Positions 10,427-19,703 of a stretch of DNA of 64,000 nt are shown one piece after another. The number at the start of each line of letters is the position of its first letter. Position 1 is the stretch's first letter. The position numbers and the translations under genes are program-made. A model generated the notes under the pieces. It worked only from the letters and a program-made list of their open reading frames with translations. It was not told the DNA's origin and did no database searches. Source of the stretch: a candidate division WWE3 bacterium RIFOXYC1_FULL_40_10. Its GTDB lineage: Bacteria; Patescibacteriota; WWE3; UBA101185; UBA10185. The stretch covers positions 678,099 to 742,098 of the forward strand of contig MEWB01000001.1 in assembly GCA_001773215.1 (NCBI GenBank), written 5' to 3'.

Positions 10427-11365
10427 TCAGGCCTTCTTAACTACTCCCACGAAAAAAGCCTCCATATACTCGTTTGGTTTCACTCTTAGGCATCTTGAAC
10501 AGGAGTCATGCAATTTTTTTCCCTTCCACTGGGTGATTCCATCCGTAGCGTTAGCAACTTTAGGCTTGACCTCCGGATTAACTAATTCTAAACCCGAAAA
10601 GTTTTTTAATGCCCAATATATCACTTCTTCATTTTCCTCGGGAGCTAGGGTACAAGTAGAATACACCAAAGTACCACCGGGTTTTAACAGTTTTAAACCC
10701 TCGGCAATCATCATTTTTTGGAGCCTGCTAAGTCTTTTTATTTTTTTGGGACTCCAAAAACGCAATGTGTCCGGCTTAGAAAGATTAATCATGCCTTCTC
10801 CACTGCACGGGGCATCCAACAAAACTTTGTCAAAATATTCCGTTGGTAAATACCTTCCCAAATGCTGAGCAGGAAATGATGAATAATTGTATACCTTGGC
10901 ATCATACAGTTCACACAGTTTTTTCATGTTTTCAACTCTCCCGGTATTTTCATCGTTCGCGTAAATTTTTGCCTTATTTCCCGTTAAACATGCAATATGG
11001 ATAGTTTTTCCTCCGGGAGCCGCACACATATCAAGTATAATTTCGTCAGGCTTAGGAGCGAGTGCAATTACAGGAAGCAGACTGGATGCATTTTGGATGT
11101 AGATTTGACCTGTAAGAAATTCCTCAGAGTGAGTAAAAAGCGCCTTTTCCCCTTCGATAACATACGCTTGGTTTGCCCAGGCTATTTTCGAAAGCCTATC
11201 TTTCGCCAAAGTATTCACAACTTTAGGTTTTATGGCTACCAGGGATGACTTCTTTGGGGTAAACAACGCCCCGGCTTCCTCTTCGGAGATACCAAAAATT
11301 AAAGAGGTTCTGGTAAGCAGCTCTTTTAGGCGTTTATCTATTTTTTCCGAGTATGTCGACTTCAC
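10427..11365 (-). CDS. rsmB: rRNA cytosine-C5 methyltransferase, NOL1/NOP2/Sun (RsmB/RsmF) family, lacking the NusB-like N-domain
   Basis: DMCAAPGGKT SAM motif, catalytic motif IV (LLDAPCSGEG) and motif VI (LVYSTC) with the two catalytic Cys. Confidence 0.75.
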   Translation of the reverse strand: MKSTYSEKIDKRLKELLTRTSLIFGISEEEAGALFTPKKSSLVAIKPKVVNTLAKDRLSKIAWANQAYVIEGEKALFTHSEEFLTGQIYIQNASSLLPVIALAPKPDEIILDMCAAPGGKTIHIACLTGNKAKIYANDENTGRVENMKKLCELYDAKVYNYSSFPAQHLGRYLPTEYFDKVLLDAPCSGEGMINLSKPDTLRFWSPKKIKRLSRLQKMMIAEGLKLLKPGGTLVYSTCTLAPEENEEVIYWALKNFSGLELVNPEVKPKVANATDGITQWKGKKLHDSCSRCLRVKPNEYMEAFFVGVVKKA

Positions 11366-11387
11366 CCAGCTAGTATAGCAAACACAA

Positions 11388-12956
11388 ATGTATAATATTG
11401 AAATGAGTCATTCTACGAGATTATTTCTATTAGTCGCCGCTGCACTTTTCTTCCTATTGCTGAGTGTTAGCTTGAACATTGATTACGTTCAAAACGACGA
11501 ATATATTCATTATCAAACAGTAAACAATTTCCTGGGTGGAAACTTTACTCTACCAGCGTATCTGGCGTCTACCTTTTACACCCAAGGCATACTGTCTGCC
11601 TTATTTTCTTCACTTTTCGGATTGGGAAACCTTCCAATTCTCACGGCCTTGCTTTCATCTCTTACTATTTTTGTTTTTATGCTATTGCTAAATCGAATTA
11701 TGACGCTTTCCCCTCTTCAAACTATATTAACCGGATTACTTCTTTTTTTGAATCCAATTTATCTTTACTCAAGCTTGGGATTTATGACCGAAATATATTT
11801 TCTATTCTTTTTCATGTTGTCCCTTTATTACTTTTATACATACCAAAAACTACCGGATTCGAAAAATTTAGTTTTCTTTTTCCTGTTTTCAATTCTTTCA
11901 TTTTTTGTTAGGCAAATTGGCCTTTGCACGCTTCTAGCCGCCTCCTTTTTCTTTTTTCGTAAACGAAGCTTTAAGTTAGGATTTACCAGTTTAGCGACAG
12001 CTATCGCTTTAGGTGTTTTCTATATGGCTCTTTTTCCGAAAACAACTCAAATGAGCGCCAGTTTTCTCGCTGCCGAAACTATTCTAAATCCGGAAAGACT
12101 ATTTTCCTACATTGGAATAACTGCGATTTATCTTTCGGTATTTATAACTCCTCTGGTACCCACTTTCGTATTATCAACCACCAAAAAATCCCGGATACTA
12201 TTGTTTATCATCATCACAATAACCCTGGGGCTGGCAATCAAACTGTTTTTCCAGCCCCAAAGCATAAAACACACAACAGTAAATCAAAACTATGAACTGG
12301 ATATCAAGTTTTCAGCAGAATATTTTCCCTACCTTGGCAATACATTCGGTAGAAAAGGATTTTTCCAAGAAAACTTAGCCGGCGAAAAATATAGCTATGA
12401 AGTTAGCGATAAACTTTTCTATTTGCTGGAAGTACTAGGGAAGATTATGGCAGTTTCACTTATTGCTCTTGCCGTGATGAATTGGAGGAAACTTTTGAAT
12501 TTTGAGTGTTTATATTTGATGTTTACTGTTGCTTTTTTTATTGTGTCGCCAAGAGTGTACGATAGATACCTGATATCTCTCATTACGGTCGCGATAATTT
12601 TGGTGGTAAAAGTATCAAAACCGGCTACCTACCTGTTGATCCCGTTTTTAATTCTCTTAGCCTTTCTAGACTATCAGTACACATCTGATTTTTTTGCGGT
12701 TAATAAATACGTTAAACAAAGAACTGATGAACTCTTGAAGTCCGAAAACATCTCCGAAAAAGATATAAAAGCCGACAATTCCTGGAATGTGACCCATCCA
12801 AACAAAACCGGAAAATGGAAATACTACTTTGAATACAAGGGAACTGAAAAGCAAAAAGTCGACGATGGCAATTTTACGTTAGTGGAAAAGCATAAGATAA
12901 CCTTTCCATTTAGCTTTTATTCAGACTCTTATGTTTATCTTTATAAACGGACCTAA
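11388..12956 (+). CDS. Polytopic membrane protein, putative GT-C-fold glycosyltransferase with a soluble C-terminal extension
   Basis: 522 aa with ~12 TM helices and a hydrophilic C-terminal ~90 aa. Architecture resembles GT39/GT83-like families. No firm motif. Confidence 0.35.
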   Translation: MYNIEMSHSTRLFLLVAAALFFLLLSVSLNIDYVQNDEYIHYQTVNNFLGGNFTLPAYLASTFYTQGILSALFSSLFGLGNLPILTALLSSLTIFVFMLLLNRIMTLSPLQTILTGLLLFLNPIYLYSSLGFMTEIYFLFFFMLSLYYFYTYQKLPDSKNLVFFFLFSILSFFVRQIGLCTLLAASFFFFRKRSFKLGFTSLATAIALGVFYMALFPKTTQMSASFLAAETILNPERLFSYIGITAIYLSVFITPLVPTFVLSTTKKSRILLFIIITITLGLAIKLFFQPQSIKHTTVNQNYELDIKFSAEYFPYLGNTFGRKGFFQENLAGEKYSYEVSDKLFYLLEVLGKIMAVSLIALAVMNWRKLLNFECLYLMFTVAFFIVSPRVYDRYLISLITVAIILVVKVSKPATYLLIPFLILLAFLDYQYTSDFFAVNKYVKQRTDELLKSENISEKDIKADNSWNVTHPNKTGKWKYYFEYKGTEKQKVDDGNFTLVEKHKITFPFSFYSDSYVYLYKRT

Positions 12957-13288
12957 TCGATGGCAGTCCCATTGGCTACCGCTTCCATAGGTTGAACCAA
13001 AATGGGTTTATCATCTTTAATGGCCATTAGCATCATCCCTTGGCTTGCACTATCTCCCATTTTTTTCTCCTGCAAATTTACAATAAAGAGAAACTGTTTG
13101 GTAACAAAATCTCCGGGCTGATACCATTTTTTAACTCCCGAGAAGATAGTTTTTATCCCGATTTCAGACCCGAAGTCTACCTGAAACTGAAGCAGCTTGC
13201 CACTCCATTCAGGAATCTCTGCCGATACTACGGTTCCCACCCTAATATCCAGTTTTGAAAAATCATCATAGGTAACTGTTAGCTTCAT
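12953..13288 (-). CDS. tRNA-binding domain protein (CsaA / Trbp111 / EMAP-like OB fold)
   Basis: LDIRVGTVVSAE...KLLQFQVDFG...GDFV matches the Myf tRNA-binding domain signature; 111 aa. Confidence 0.7.
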   Translation of the reverse strand: MKLTVTYDDFSKLDIRVGTVVSAEIPEWSGKLLQFQVDFGSEIGIKTIFSGVKKWYQPGDFVTKQFLFIVNLQEKKMGDSASQGMMLMAIKDDKPILVQPMEAVANGTAID

Positions 13289-13293
13289 ATCAA

Positions 13294-13725
13294 TTATTCT
13301 AATGGTTTTACCAAGGCTCTCCAGCTCGTTTCTTTGAAGCCGGTTTTAAGATACCAAGAGTATGATTGTAATCCAGGGCTGGCACTCAACCAGACAGCAT
13401 TAAATCCTTTGGACTTGGCATAGTTTTCTGCAGTTTGAATAAGTTTACTTCCTATACCAAGCTTATGTAATTTTGGAGTAACAGCAAGCACGTCGATGTA
13501 TAACTCTAGGTGATCTAAGGCGTTGTCTAGTTTTGCGGTTAGCACCCCAACTATATCAGAATCTACTTCCGCTACCCAACAAGATTCCGGATTAAAATAC
13601 TGCTCAATCCTCCTTTCGGACACAGCCAAAGTCCACTTTTCTCCAACCGAATTAAAAGACTCGTAAAATACTACCGCGGCCTTTATAATATCTTCTTTTT
13701 TTAGATTTCTTATATTTATTTCCAT
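13294..13725 (-). CDS. GNAT family N-acetyltransferase
   Basis: Acetyl-CoA binding motif A-like segment VLAVTPKLHKLGIGSKLI. The ORF-track N-terminal 31 aa overlap the tRNA-Pro, so the start is taken at MEINIRNL (13725). Confidence 0.6.
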   Translation of the reverse strand: MEINIRNLKKEDIIKAAVVFYESFNSVGEKWTLAVSERRIEQYFNPESCWVAEVDSDIVGVLTAKLDNALDHLELYIDVLAVTPKLHKLGIGSKLIQTAENYAKSKGFNAVWLSASPGLQSYSWYLKTGFKETSWRALVKPLE

Positions 13726-13745
13726 CGTGTTGATGTCTACCTTCC

Positions 13746-13822
13746 TGGTCGGGGTGACAGGACTTGAACCTGCGACCTTTCGCACCCCATGCGAACGCGC
13801 TAGCCAACTGCGCCACACCCCG
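13746..13822 (-). tRNA. tRNA-Pro (anticodon GGG)
   Basis: The reverse complement folds as a cloverleaf: acceptor CGGGGUG/CACCCCG, U8, D arm GCGC/GCGC, anticodon stem UUCGC/GCGAA with loop AUGGGGU (anticodon GGG, G37), T arm GCAGG-UUCAAGU-CCUGU, discriminator A, and an encoded CCA. Confidence 0.85.
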
Positions 13823-13872
13823 CCGACATTGCAATAATAACATACCCATGTAAAAATATATTCAGTAGATAA

Positions 13873-14169
13873 TTGAAGGAATATATGAAAGTAATTACAA
13901 GAATTGACCCGAAGTCGTTTGCTAATTTTTACGCAATAGGTATGGGATTATTTATGGCTATTATGCTACCCTTCCAAATAATCGGACTGATTTTCGGCGG
14001 TAAACCGGAAGCGCTGGTTGGAACCGTGGTGGTAACCGTGATTGCATTACTGTTGGGCTGGATAATCGGCTATGTTTGCGCACTAGTTACCAATTTGGCA
14101 CTTAAACTCTCAAAAGGTATATCCATTGAAATGAAGGATCAGAACAGCAATCCACTACCCCAGAATTAA
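13873..14169 (+). CDS. Small membrane protein (2 TM), hypothetical
   Basis: 98 aa with two long hydrophobic segments. A GAAGGA RBS precedes the ATG. Confidence 0.3.
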   Translation: MKEYMKVITRIDPKSFANFYAIGMGLFMAIMLPFQIIGLIFGGKPEALVGTVVVTVIALLLGWIIGYVCALVTNLALKLSKGISIEMKDQNSNPLPQN

Positions 14170-14700
14170 AAGAATCTTTGAAATCAAGGCTATCGTTATA
14201 GCCGCTAGGGCAACCACGGCGGCTATAAGGCTTAGCACCCCCCACAAAATACCGCTGTGAGTTAACACTCGCGTACTAAACAATTTGTCGTGAAAACCAC
14301 GTTTTTCAGGATCCTTAACTATTGACCAAAAGCCCAAACCAAAAAATACTATTGAAACTGTGTGCCCAACAAACACCCTGTAAAAAGCTGTTTTAATATC
14401 GATATTTTTCTTCGTGTCAGCATCCACCACTTTCAAGCCCCAAAGATATTTCCCCAAGGTGCCTGCATATCTTGAAGTAAAGTAGATTTGATACAAACCT
14501 ACCACGGTATTATAAAGCAGACCGGCGATAATAAGATAGAAAAACATATTTACCAAGGGATAATTGGCTTCGGTAGTATTCCCTACCTTTAGAAAGGGTA
14601 AAAGGGATAAAGAAGGCAATAGAAATATTATCCCGATTATAAAGTAGTCTGTAAGTGTAGCAAAAAACCTTCGAGTTAGTCCTGCGGGCTTGTCAAACAT
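14155..14700 (-). CDS. RDD family membrane protein
   Basis: An N-terminal R...D...D pattern, then TM helices and a GTLGKYLWGLKVVD motif typical of the RDD family. Confidence 0.5.
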   Translation of the reverse strand: MFDKPAGLTRRFFATLTDYFIIGIIFLLPSLSLLPFLKVGNTTEANYPLVNMFFYLIIAGLLYNTVVGLYQIYFTSRYAGTLGKYLWGLKVVDADTKKNIDIKTAFYRVFVGHTVSIVFFGLGFWSIVKDPEKRGFHDKLFSTRVLTHSGILWGVLSLIAAVVALAAITIALISKILLILG

Positions 14701-14701
14701 A

Positions 14702-15670
14702 TTATTGTGTTAAATCCCCTTGTAAATTACCACTAATCGAGTTTATCTGTTCAGTTAAGGGAAGGGTGTGAGCGTGCATAAAGAGTTTTGTAAACGCAAA
14801 TGAGGAAAATGTGCCAACAAAGGCTCCCAGGGCTTGGATAATTAACAAAATAGCTATTCCCAAAGGCACTACTCCGATACCAACGAGAATAAGTAAGGGG
14901 CTATCCCTAAGGCCGGTCATTGCCCCAACTACTAAAGAAACCGGCAAAATTGTGACCAATAATATACCGATATATAACCACATAATTACAAAACAGTTTC
15001 CGAAAACTAACTTAAACGTATTTCCCAGCTGAGCCTTAAAAGTTTTAATACCCTCCGCTAAAGCCTCCTTAACTATGGTTTTTCCTAACACAATGTGTCG
15101 AAGAGCAAAAACTGACCCAAGAGATAGCCTGATAATCAAAACCGAGACTACCACAACTGAAAGTACTCCTACAGCTACTCCAATGATCGGATTAACTACC
15201 GCCGATAGTATAGTGATAATTAGTGGAACAAAAATAATCAACAAGCTTAGCAGACCCACACGAACTGATAACCAAAAGTTAGGCCACATAAATTCGATAC
15301 CCTTTTTACCCATAGAGGCGAGTTCAAGGCTCTTTCCACGCCAACCTTCGAAAGTTCCCCAGGTTAAAGCACCGATAGCCCAAGATTTAACAATCAGCCC
15401 AACTATAACCACCCAAATAATTAGCCCTATTAATAATATGGATCCAATCACAATATAAGGAATCCAATTAACGTCCTGCACCCAAGGTACTTTGCTTAAA
15501 AAAGAAGTATCTGTAGTCTGTACCTCTTCTTTTGGAGTGCTATTACTGGAATTGTTAAAATTAAACCCACCAATTGTCAAAACCGCGGCTAGCCATAAAA
15601 TTTTATATTTCCATGCAAGTTTCAATGAATCCCTGATGGTATCAAATGTGGAATATGGTTGTAGCATCAC
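14702..15670 (-). CDS. Polytopic membrane protein, hypothetical
   Basis: 322 aa with 6-7 TM helices. No family recognised. Confidence 0.3.
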   Translation of the reverse strand: MMLQPYSTFDTIRDSLKLAWKYKILWLAAVLTIGGFNFNNSSNSTPKEEVQTTDTSFLSKVPWVQDVNWIPYIVIGSILLIGLIIWVVIVGLIVKSWAIGALTWGTFEGWRGKSLELASMGKKGIEFMWPNFWLSVRVGLLSLLIIFVPLIITILSAVVNPIIGVAVGVLSVVVVSVLIIRLSLGSVFALRHIVLGKTIVKEALAEGIKTFKAQLGNTFKLVFGNCFVIMWLYIGILLVTILPVSLVVGAMTGLRDSPLLILVGIGVVPLGIAILLIIQALGAFVGTFSSFAFTKLFMHAHTLPLTEQINSISGNLQGDLTQ

Positions 15671-17061
15671 TACAAAATTGTATCAAAAATTACATAAGCG
15701 CAAAAGCCACCATAGAAAATAAAGGCTGAAAGCATCATTGTGATTCTAAATATATTAGGACGCAGTTGTTTATCAAGAGCCGTTAAGTTCATCCACAGAG
15801 TTAGCCCCACGTGGACAAACATCGCGAAGGCGTTTAACACCGCTGCAGTTATTACTAATTGCAACGGTTGCGTAAAACCAAGCAGAAAAATGAGTATTCC
15901 AGCAAAAATTTGCACCCAAAGCATGGAATAATAAATCTTTGGAATACTTTTCTCAGCTATTCTCCCATTGGAGGCCAAGATCAAGTTTTCGGAAAGTATT
16001 CTGCTTGTAGCATCAAATACTGTCATTTGGGTTGCCATTAACATAACAGCTGCCGTTAAAACGAAAATTGTTCCGATTATGGGAAAAATCTTTTGGCCAA
16101 TCAGAGCTCCTTCTGTTAATACAAAGTTTATGTCTGAGGCCGACCCCGAAGTTTCATACACTGTTGAATAAGCTAGCAATGATAACAATACCATCGTAAT
16201 TGCACCTGTTAGCCAAAAAATTATAAAATGCTCAATATTTACCTTTTTCCACCAGTCCTTAAAAGTTAAAACATTTTCGAGGGTCGGTTCAAACTTAGTT
16301 CCCGAAAGTGAAATTTCCTGGCTTTTTCCTGTTAACAGGCTGGTAATTTGTCCACTGTACTTACCCATACCATAGCCTTTGTTATTTACATAGTAAGACT
16401 GCGCTAAATTTAGATTTCCCCCTGCCCCCGCATAGGCCAATGCGCCTAAAAAGGTTGCTAAAGGAACTCCCACAGGCAGTAGCCAATAGCCATCCCCCTG
16501 GCCAATTACTCCTTTTACTGCCGCAAGCCAATCGGCGGAACTTGCAAGATAGATCGCCAACACAAGTATCGCAGGTACACCCAAACCGATAATCACCTTT
16601 TGGATACCCTCAACAGTTTTGTATAAAACCGGACCCAATGACAAAATAAGCCCTATGAAAACTAGAAGTCCAATTGCTAAAAATTGCGTGCTTTCCAACC
16701 CAAACAGCGACCCCAAGAGTTTGGCCGAGGAAGCTATAATACCCGGCCATATCCAAGGTATAAAAGTGGAAATTAGAAACCAAAACGGAAGCCATTTTAG
16801 TTTACGGGCAAATCCCATAAAAACGCTTTCTCCACGTGCCAAAGCATAGCGTTCAATTTCCATATTCATGAAAAACTGAAATGTGATTCCTATGACAGCC
16901 CCCCATATTATTCCCATTCCATACTTGGATGCCATATAAGGCCACAATATCAACTCCCCGCTACCTAACCCCAACCCAAGTATTACAAAGCTGGGACCTA
17001 TTAACTTTCTAAGAGTGGGAGGTTTGGGAAGAATATTCGTTTTTAAAGGACTTAGCGACAT
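15670..17061 (-). CDS. NRAMP-superfamily-like membrane transporter (putative divalent metal transporter)
   Basis: 463 aa with 11-12 TM helices. The N-terminal pattern (GLGSGELILWPYMASKYGMGIIWG) resembles NRAMP/MntH TM1-TM2. The assignment is weak. Confidence 0.35.
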   Translation of the reverse strand: MSLSPLKTNILPKPPTLRKLIGPSFVILGLGLGSGELILWPYMASKYGMGIIWGAVIGITFQFFMNMEIERYALARGESVFMGFARKLKWLPFWFLISTFIPWIWPGIIASSAKLLGSLFGLESTQFLAIGLLVFIGLILSLGPVLYKTVEGIQKVIIGLGVPAILVLAIYLASSADWLAAVKGVIGQGDGYWLLPVGVPLATFLGALAYAGAGGNLNLAQSYYVNNKGYGMGKYSGQITSLLTGKSQEISLSGTKFEPTLENVLTFKDWWKKVNIEHFIIFWLTGAITMVLLSLLAYSTVYETSGSASDINFVLTEGALIGQKIFPIIGTIFVLTAAVMLMATQMTVFDATSRILSENLILASNGRIAEKSIPKIYYSMLWVQIFAGILIFLLGFTQPLQLVITAAVLNAFAMFVHVGLTLWMNLTALDKQLRPNIFRITMMLSAFIFYGGFCAYVIFDTIL

Positions 17062-17065
17062 TAAT

Positions 17066-17695
17066 TTATGATACCCGATTTAGAACCAAATTAAAGAAGG
17101 GACGGCCTGGAGACAGATGCAACTTTTTTCCCCAGGTAGTCTCGGGAAAGTCGTATATTTGCCGGCAGCTGATAACCCCAAAGCCCGACTTGATAAATAT
17201 AGGTAGAATTTCGGTAGTGATTCTGGCTAAATCTAACGTGTCCAAATTAAGTCTTTCGGCTTGGGTTGGCTCCAAATTTTGCGAGTACCCAAATACCACT
17301 TCTAAGACGCCACCCGACTTAAGTAAGCTCCCAAACTTTTTTGCGTCATCAAAGGTAGGTTTGGCAACAGCGGCTAATAAAGAACCCCAGGGCAAAATCA
17401 CTGTAAGTCTATCAGCAACACCCAAAAGCTCGGCAGGTAAAATTTCGTAAGACCCAATCACAAATAACACATTTTTTAATCTCTTTTTTAATGCTTTTTT
17501 CGACGTATCAACCATCTGATTTCCCGCTGGATCTACACCTATATAAAAGGTTTTGGGATTAACAAGTGCCTTTTTGTACACCCATCCTCCATCACCACAT
17601 CCCAAGTCAACCTCTACACCTTGATAGTTGACAATTAAATTGCTAAGGTCTAATAAAGATATCAGAGATTCTTTATTTCCTGTAACTAATCTCAT
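17066..17695 (-). CDS. SAM-dependent methyltransferase resembling the 16S rRNA (adenine1408-N1)-methyltransferase NpmA/KamB family
   Basis: 209 aa. EVDLGCGDGGW (compare NpmA HIDLGTGDG), TFYIGVDP (NpmA TFYIGIDP), VLFVIG...LP.EL (NpmA VVFVIAAAESLPFEL) and ILPWGSLL (NpmA LFPWGTLL, a Trp that stacks on A1408). Recalled from memory, not searched. Confidence 0.5.
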   Translation of the reverse strand: MRLVTGNKESLISLLDLSNLIVNYQGVEVDLGCGDGGWVYKKALVNPKTFYIGVDPAGNQMVDTSKKALKKRLKNVLFVIGSYEILPAELLGVADRLTVILPWGSLLAAVAKPTFDDAKKFGSLLKSGGVLEVVFGYSQNLEPTQAERLNLDTLDLARITTEILPIFIKSGFGVISCRQIYDFPETTWGKKLHLSPGRPFFNLVLNRVS

Positions 17696-17721
17696 ATGTT
17701 TAATGATATAGGAAAAACAAC

Positions 17722-17928
17722 ATGGATCCCAGAGATGTACTATACGCTGTTGAGATGTTTCTACATGACGGGGGTCTCTATCGAGGAAAGGTAGAACTGG
17801 ATTTGGGAACTTTGTGCGACATGGGGGATGGATGTTGGGTCGTGCAATCCATAAAACCTTGCGGATACTTTTTTAAGCTAGAATACAGCCTTAGGGGGAC
17901 ACTGTACGCTGTATTACATCAACAGTAA
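17722..17928 (+). CDS. Hypothetical small protein (GC-elevated islet)
   Basis: 68 aa, GC about 48%; directly followed by the 17940 gene (an AAGGAG RBS lies at its 3' end). Confidence 0.3.
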   Translation: MDPRDVLYAVEMFLHDGGLYRGKVELDLGTLCDMGDGCWVVQSIKPCGYFFKLEYSLRGTLYAVLHQQ

Positions 17929-17939
17929 AGGAGTGAGAG

Positions 17940-18302
17940 ATGGATTTCGTAGACAATCCGCCCATATTTGCCTTTATCCTAAGAGGAAAAGGTGTAAAAC
18001 CCACTTATATGTTCGTAGGATTTTACGACGAAGTAGGGTTAGTGACCTTGCCGGCAACTTCCGCCGAGGCGCGTGCAGACGGGGTAAGAGTAATTTCCGT
18101 CGACAATCTGCGAAGCGCTCTTAGGAATATGAACGAAGTGCACTTGTACGAAGAAATTAACGCCAGATTTCAAGGTGTAGGAGAAGCCCGTAGGAATAGG
18201 AAGACCTTCAAGCTAGTTTCACTTACACCGCAACAGCTTAGGGACTATGCGGATCAGATGGAAAAGGCAGGCCTGAAAACCGTGAAAGTATTTGTAGACT
18301 GA
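17940..18302 (+). CDS. Hypothetical small protein (GC-elevated islet)
   Basis: 120 aa; an AAGGAG RBS lies 7 nt upstream. Weak resemblance to the proteins at 19129 and 37120 (pattern GxG...Y/F-hydrophobic...GLV). Confidence 0.4.
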   Translation: MDFVDNPPIFAFILRGKGVKPTYMFVGFYDEVGLVTLPATSAEARADGVRVISVDNLRSALRNMNEVHLYEEINARFQGVGEARRNRKTFKLVSLTPQQLRDYADQMEKAGLKTVKVFVD

Positions 18303-18348
18303 ACACACTTGAGGCTGATTACATTTTTGTAACAGCCTCTTTCTTTAT

Positions 18349-19113
18349 ATGAAAAAGCAAATCTTACCAATATGGCAACCGGTCGGAAAATCCACAAATC
18401 ACCTTACCAGGCAAATTGCCGATAAAATAGGTTTGAAAACAGCACATACAGGCACACTGGATCCAATGGCCGAAGGTGTTGTTGTTGTGCTTGCGGGAAA
18501 CAAACGGCTTGAAAAAATCAAACTTGCTTCTTGGAAAAAAACTTACGAATTTGATATAGCCTTTGGAATCTCTACTGACTCGTTCGACGGACTTGGACTT
18601 ATTACAAAGACAAATTTTGAATGTAAGACTATATCGCCAAAAGTAATACAATCTGTATTAAAATCACTGGTGGGAAATTACTCTCAAACTGTACCTCTCT
18701 ACTCCGCAATAAAAGTCGCCGGAAGAAAATTACACCAACACGCAAAATACGGAAATTTCAAAGTTATTTTGCCACACAAAAAGGGGGAGATTTTTAAATT
18801 AAAGCTAATAGAACTTAAAACTGTATCGGTTAAGAAATTAGTAAAAAACCTTATAGCTAAAATTAAACTTGTTGAGGGTGACCTGAGGCAAAAAGAGATA
18901 ACAGATTGCTGGGAAAATTTTACGGGTAATATCGATACAACCAGTATACAAGTAGCAAAGATAGAAGTGCAAATATCACGGGGTATGTATGTGAGGTCTT
19001 TATCACAGGATATTTGCGAAAAGCTGGGAATTAATGGCTTTGTATCGAACCTGATCAGAACCCGCAATGGGAAATATTCGAAAAAGTCGTGTATAATACC
19101 CTATAACAATTAG
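18349..19113 (+). CDS. truB: tRNA pseudouridine(55) synthase TruB (short form, no PUA domain)
   Basis: Catalytic motif HTGTLDPMAEGVVVV (TruB GTLDPxAxG with the catalytic Asp); 254 aa. Confidence 0.85.
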   Translation: MKKQILPIWQPVGKSTNHLTRQIADKIGLKTAHTGTLDPMAEGVVVVLAGNKRLEKIKLASWKKTYEFDIAFGISTDSFDGLGLITKTNFECKTISPKVIQSVLKSLVGNYSQTVPLYSAIKVAGRKLHQHAKYGNFKVILPHKKGEIFKLKLIELKTVSVKKLVKNLIAKIKLVEGDLRQKEITDCWENFTGNIDTTSIQVAKIEVQISRGMYVRSLSQDICEKLGINGFVSNLIRTRNGKYSKKSCIIPYNN

Positions 19114-19128
19114 AAAAAGGAGCATGCT

Positions 19129-19647
19129 ATGAAATTCAACCTTGTTGAAGATCCCACTGTGAGCGTAACCTATCTGAGGGACGTAGGCCGGCGGATGACT
19201 CTAGGTTATATCTTCGCTAACCCCAACAAACCGGATGAGTTTTTCGGAATTATCTACGGTGCAGTTGCGTCTGTGTTGGTTGGCCCCAAGCCCTCAAAAG
19301 AAACCGTTATGGAAGAAATGGGCTTTTGTATTGAGAATTCACTTTCGTACGAAGAAATCATTGCAAGATTGGATAAGCAGTACCTGGGAAACGGCGTTAT
19401 GTTCATACCCGACGACTTGTCCAAATCTGCTACAAGCATGGTTTGGCATGGCCGGTATGTTGGAAACATTCGACCTTTTGGCCAAACTCACTTTCGAATA
19501 GTACTTGCCGGAGAGGATTATGGTGAAATTACCTTGGGGGTTGTCTCAAACGAGGAACTAGCCAAAATGATCGCAGGCGGGATCGATTTCGACGAACCGA
19601 TTAGTACAATTACCAGTCGGTTCAAACTGAAGTATGGGAAGTGGTAG
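19129..19647 (+). CDS. Hypothetical protein (GC-elevated, strong RBS, own terminator)
   Basis: 172 aa with an AAGGAG RBS. The N-terminal half aligns with the 93-aa protein at 37120 (VGRRMTLGYIFANP...FGIIYGAVAS versus VGRGTFGIVYLDP...MGLIVDSIGA). Confidence 0.45.
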   Translation: MKFNLVEDPTVSVTYLRDVGRRMTLGYIFANPNKPDEFFGIIYGAVASVLVGPKPSKETVMEEMGFCIENSLSYEEIIARLDKQYLGNGVMFIPDDLSKSATSMVWHGRYVGNIRPFGQTHFRIVLAGEDYGEITLGVVSNEELAKMIAGGIDFDEPISTITSRFKLKYGKW

Positions 19648-19666
19648 CAAGAAAAAGAATTACATG

Positions 19667-19703
19667 ATCCCCCACCTAGTTTATTCGTGGGGGATTTTTT
19701 TTT
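19667..19703 (+). terminator. Rho-independent terminator
   Basis: atcccccac / gtgggggat 9-bp stem, 11-nt loop, then a run of 9 T. Confidence 0.65.

Noticed and set aside
13652-13849. 65-aa minus-strand ORF, and the N-terminal 31 codons of the 174-aa ORF at 13294..13818
   Set aside because: Both overlap the tRNA-Pro(GGG) gene. The GNAT protein is taken to start at the internal Met (13725).
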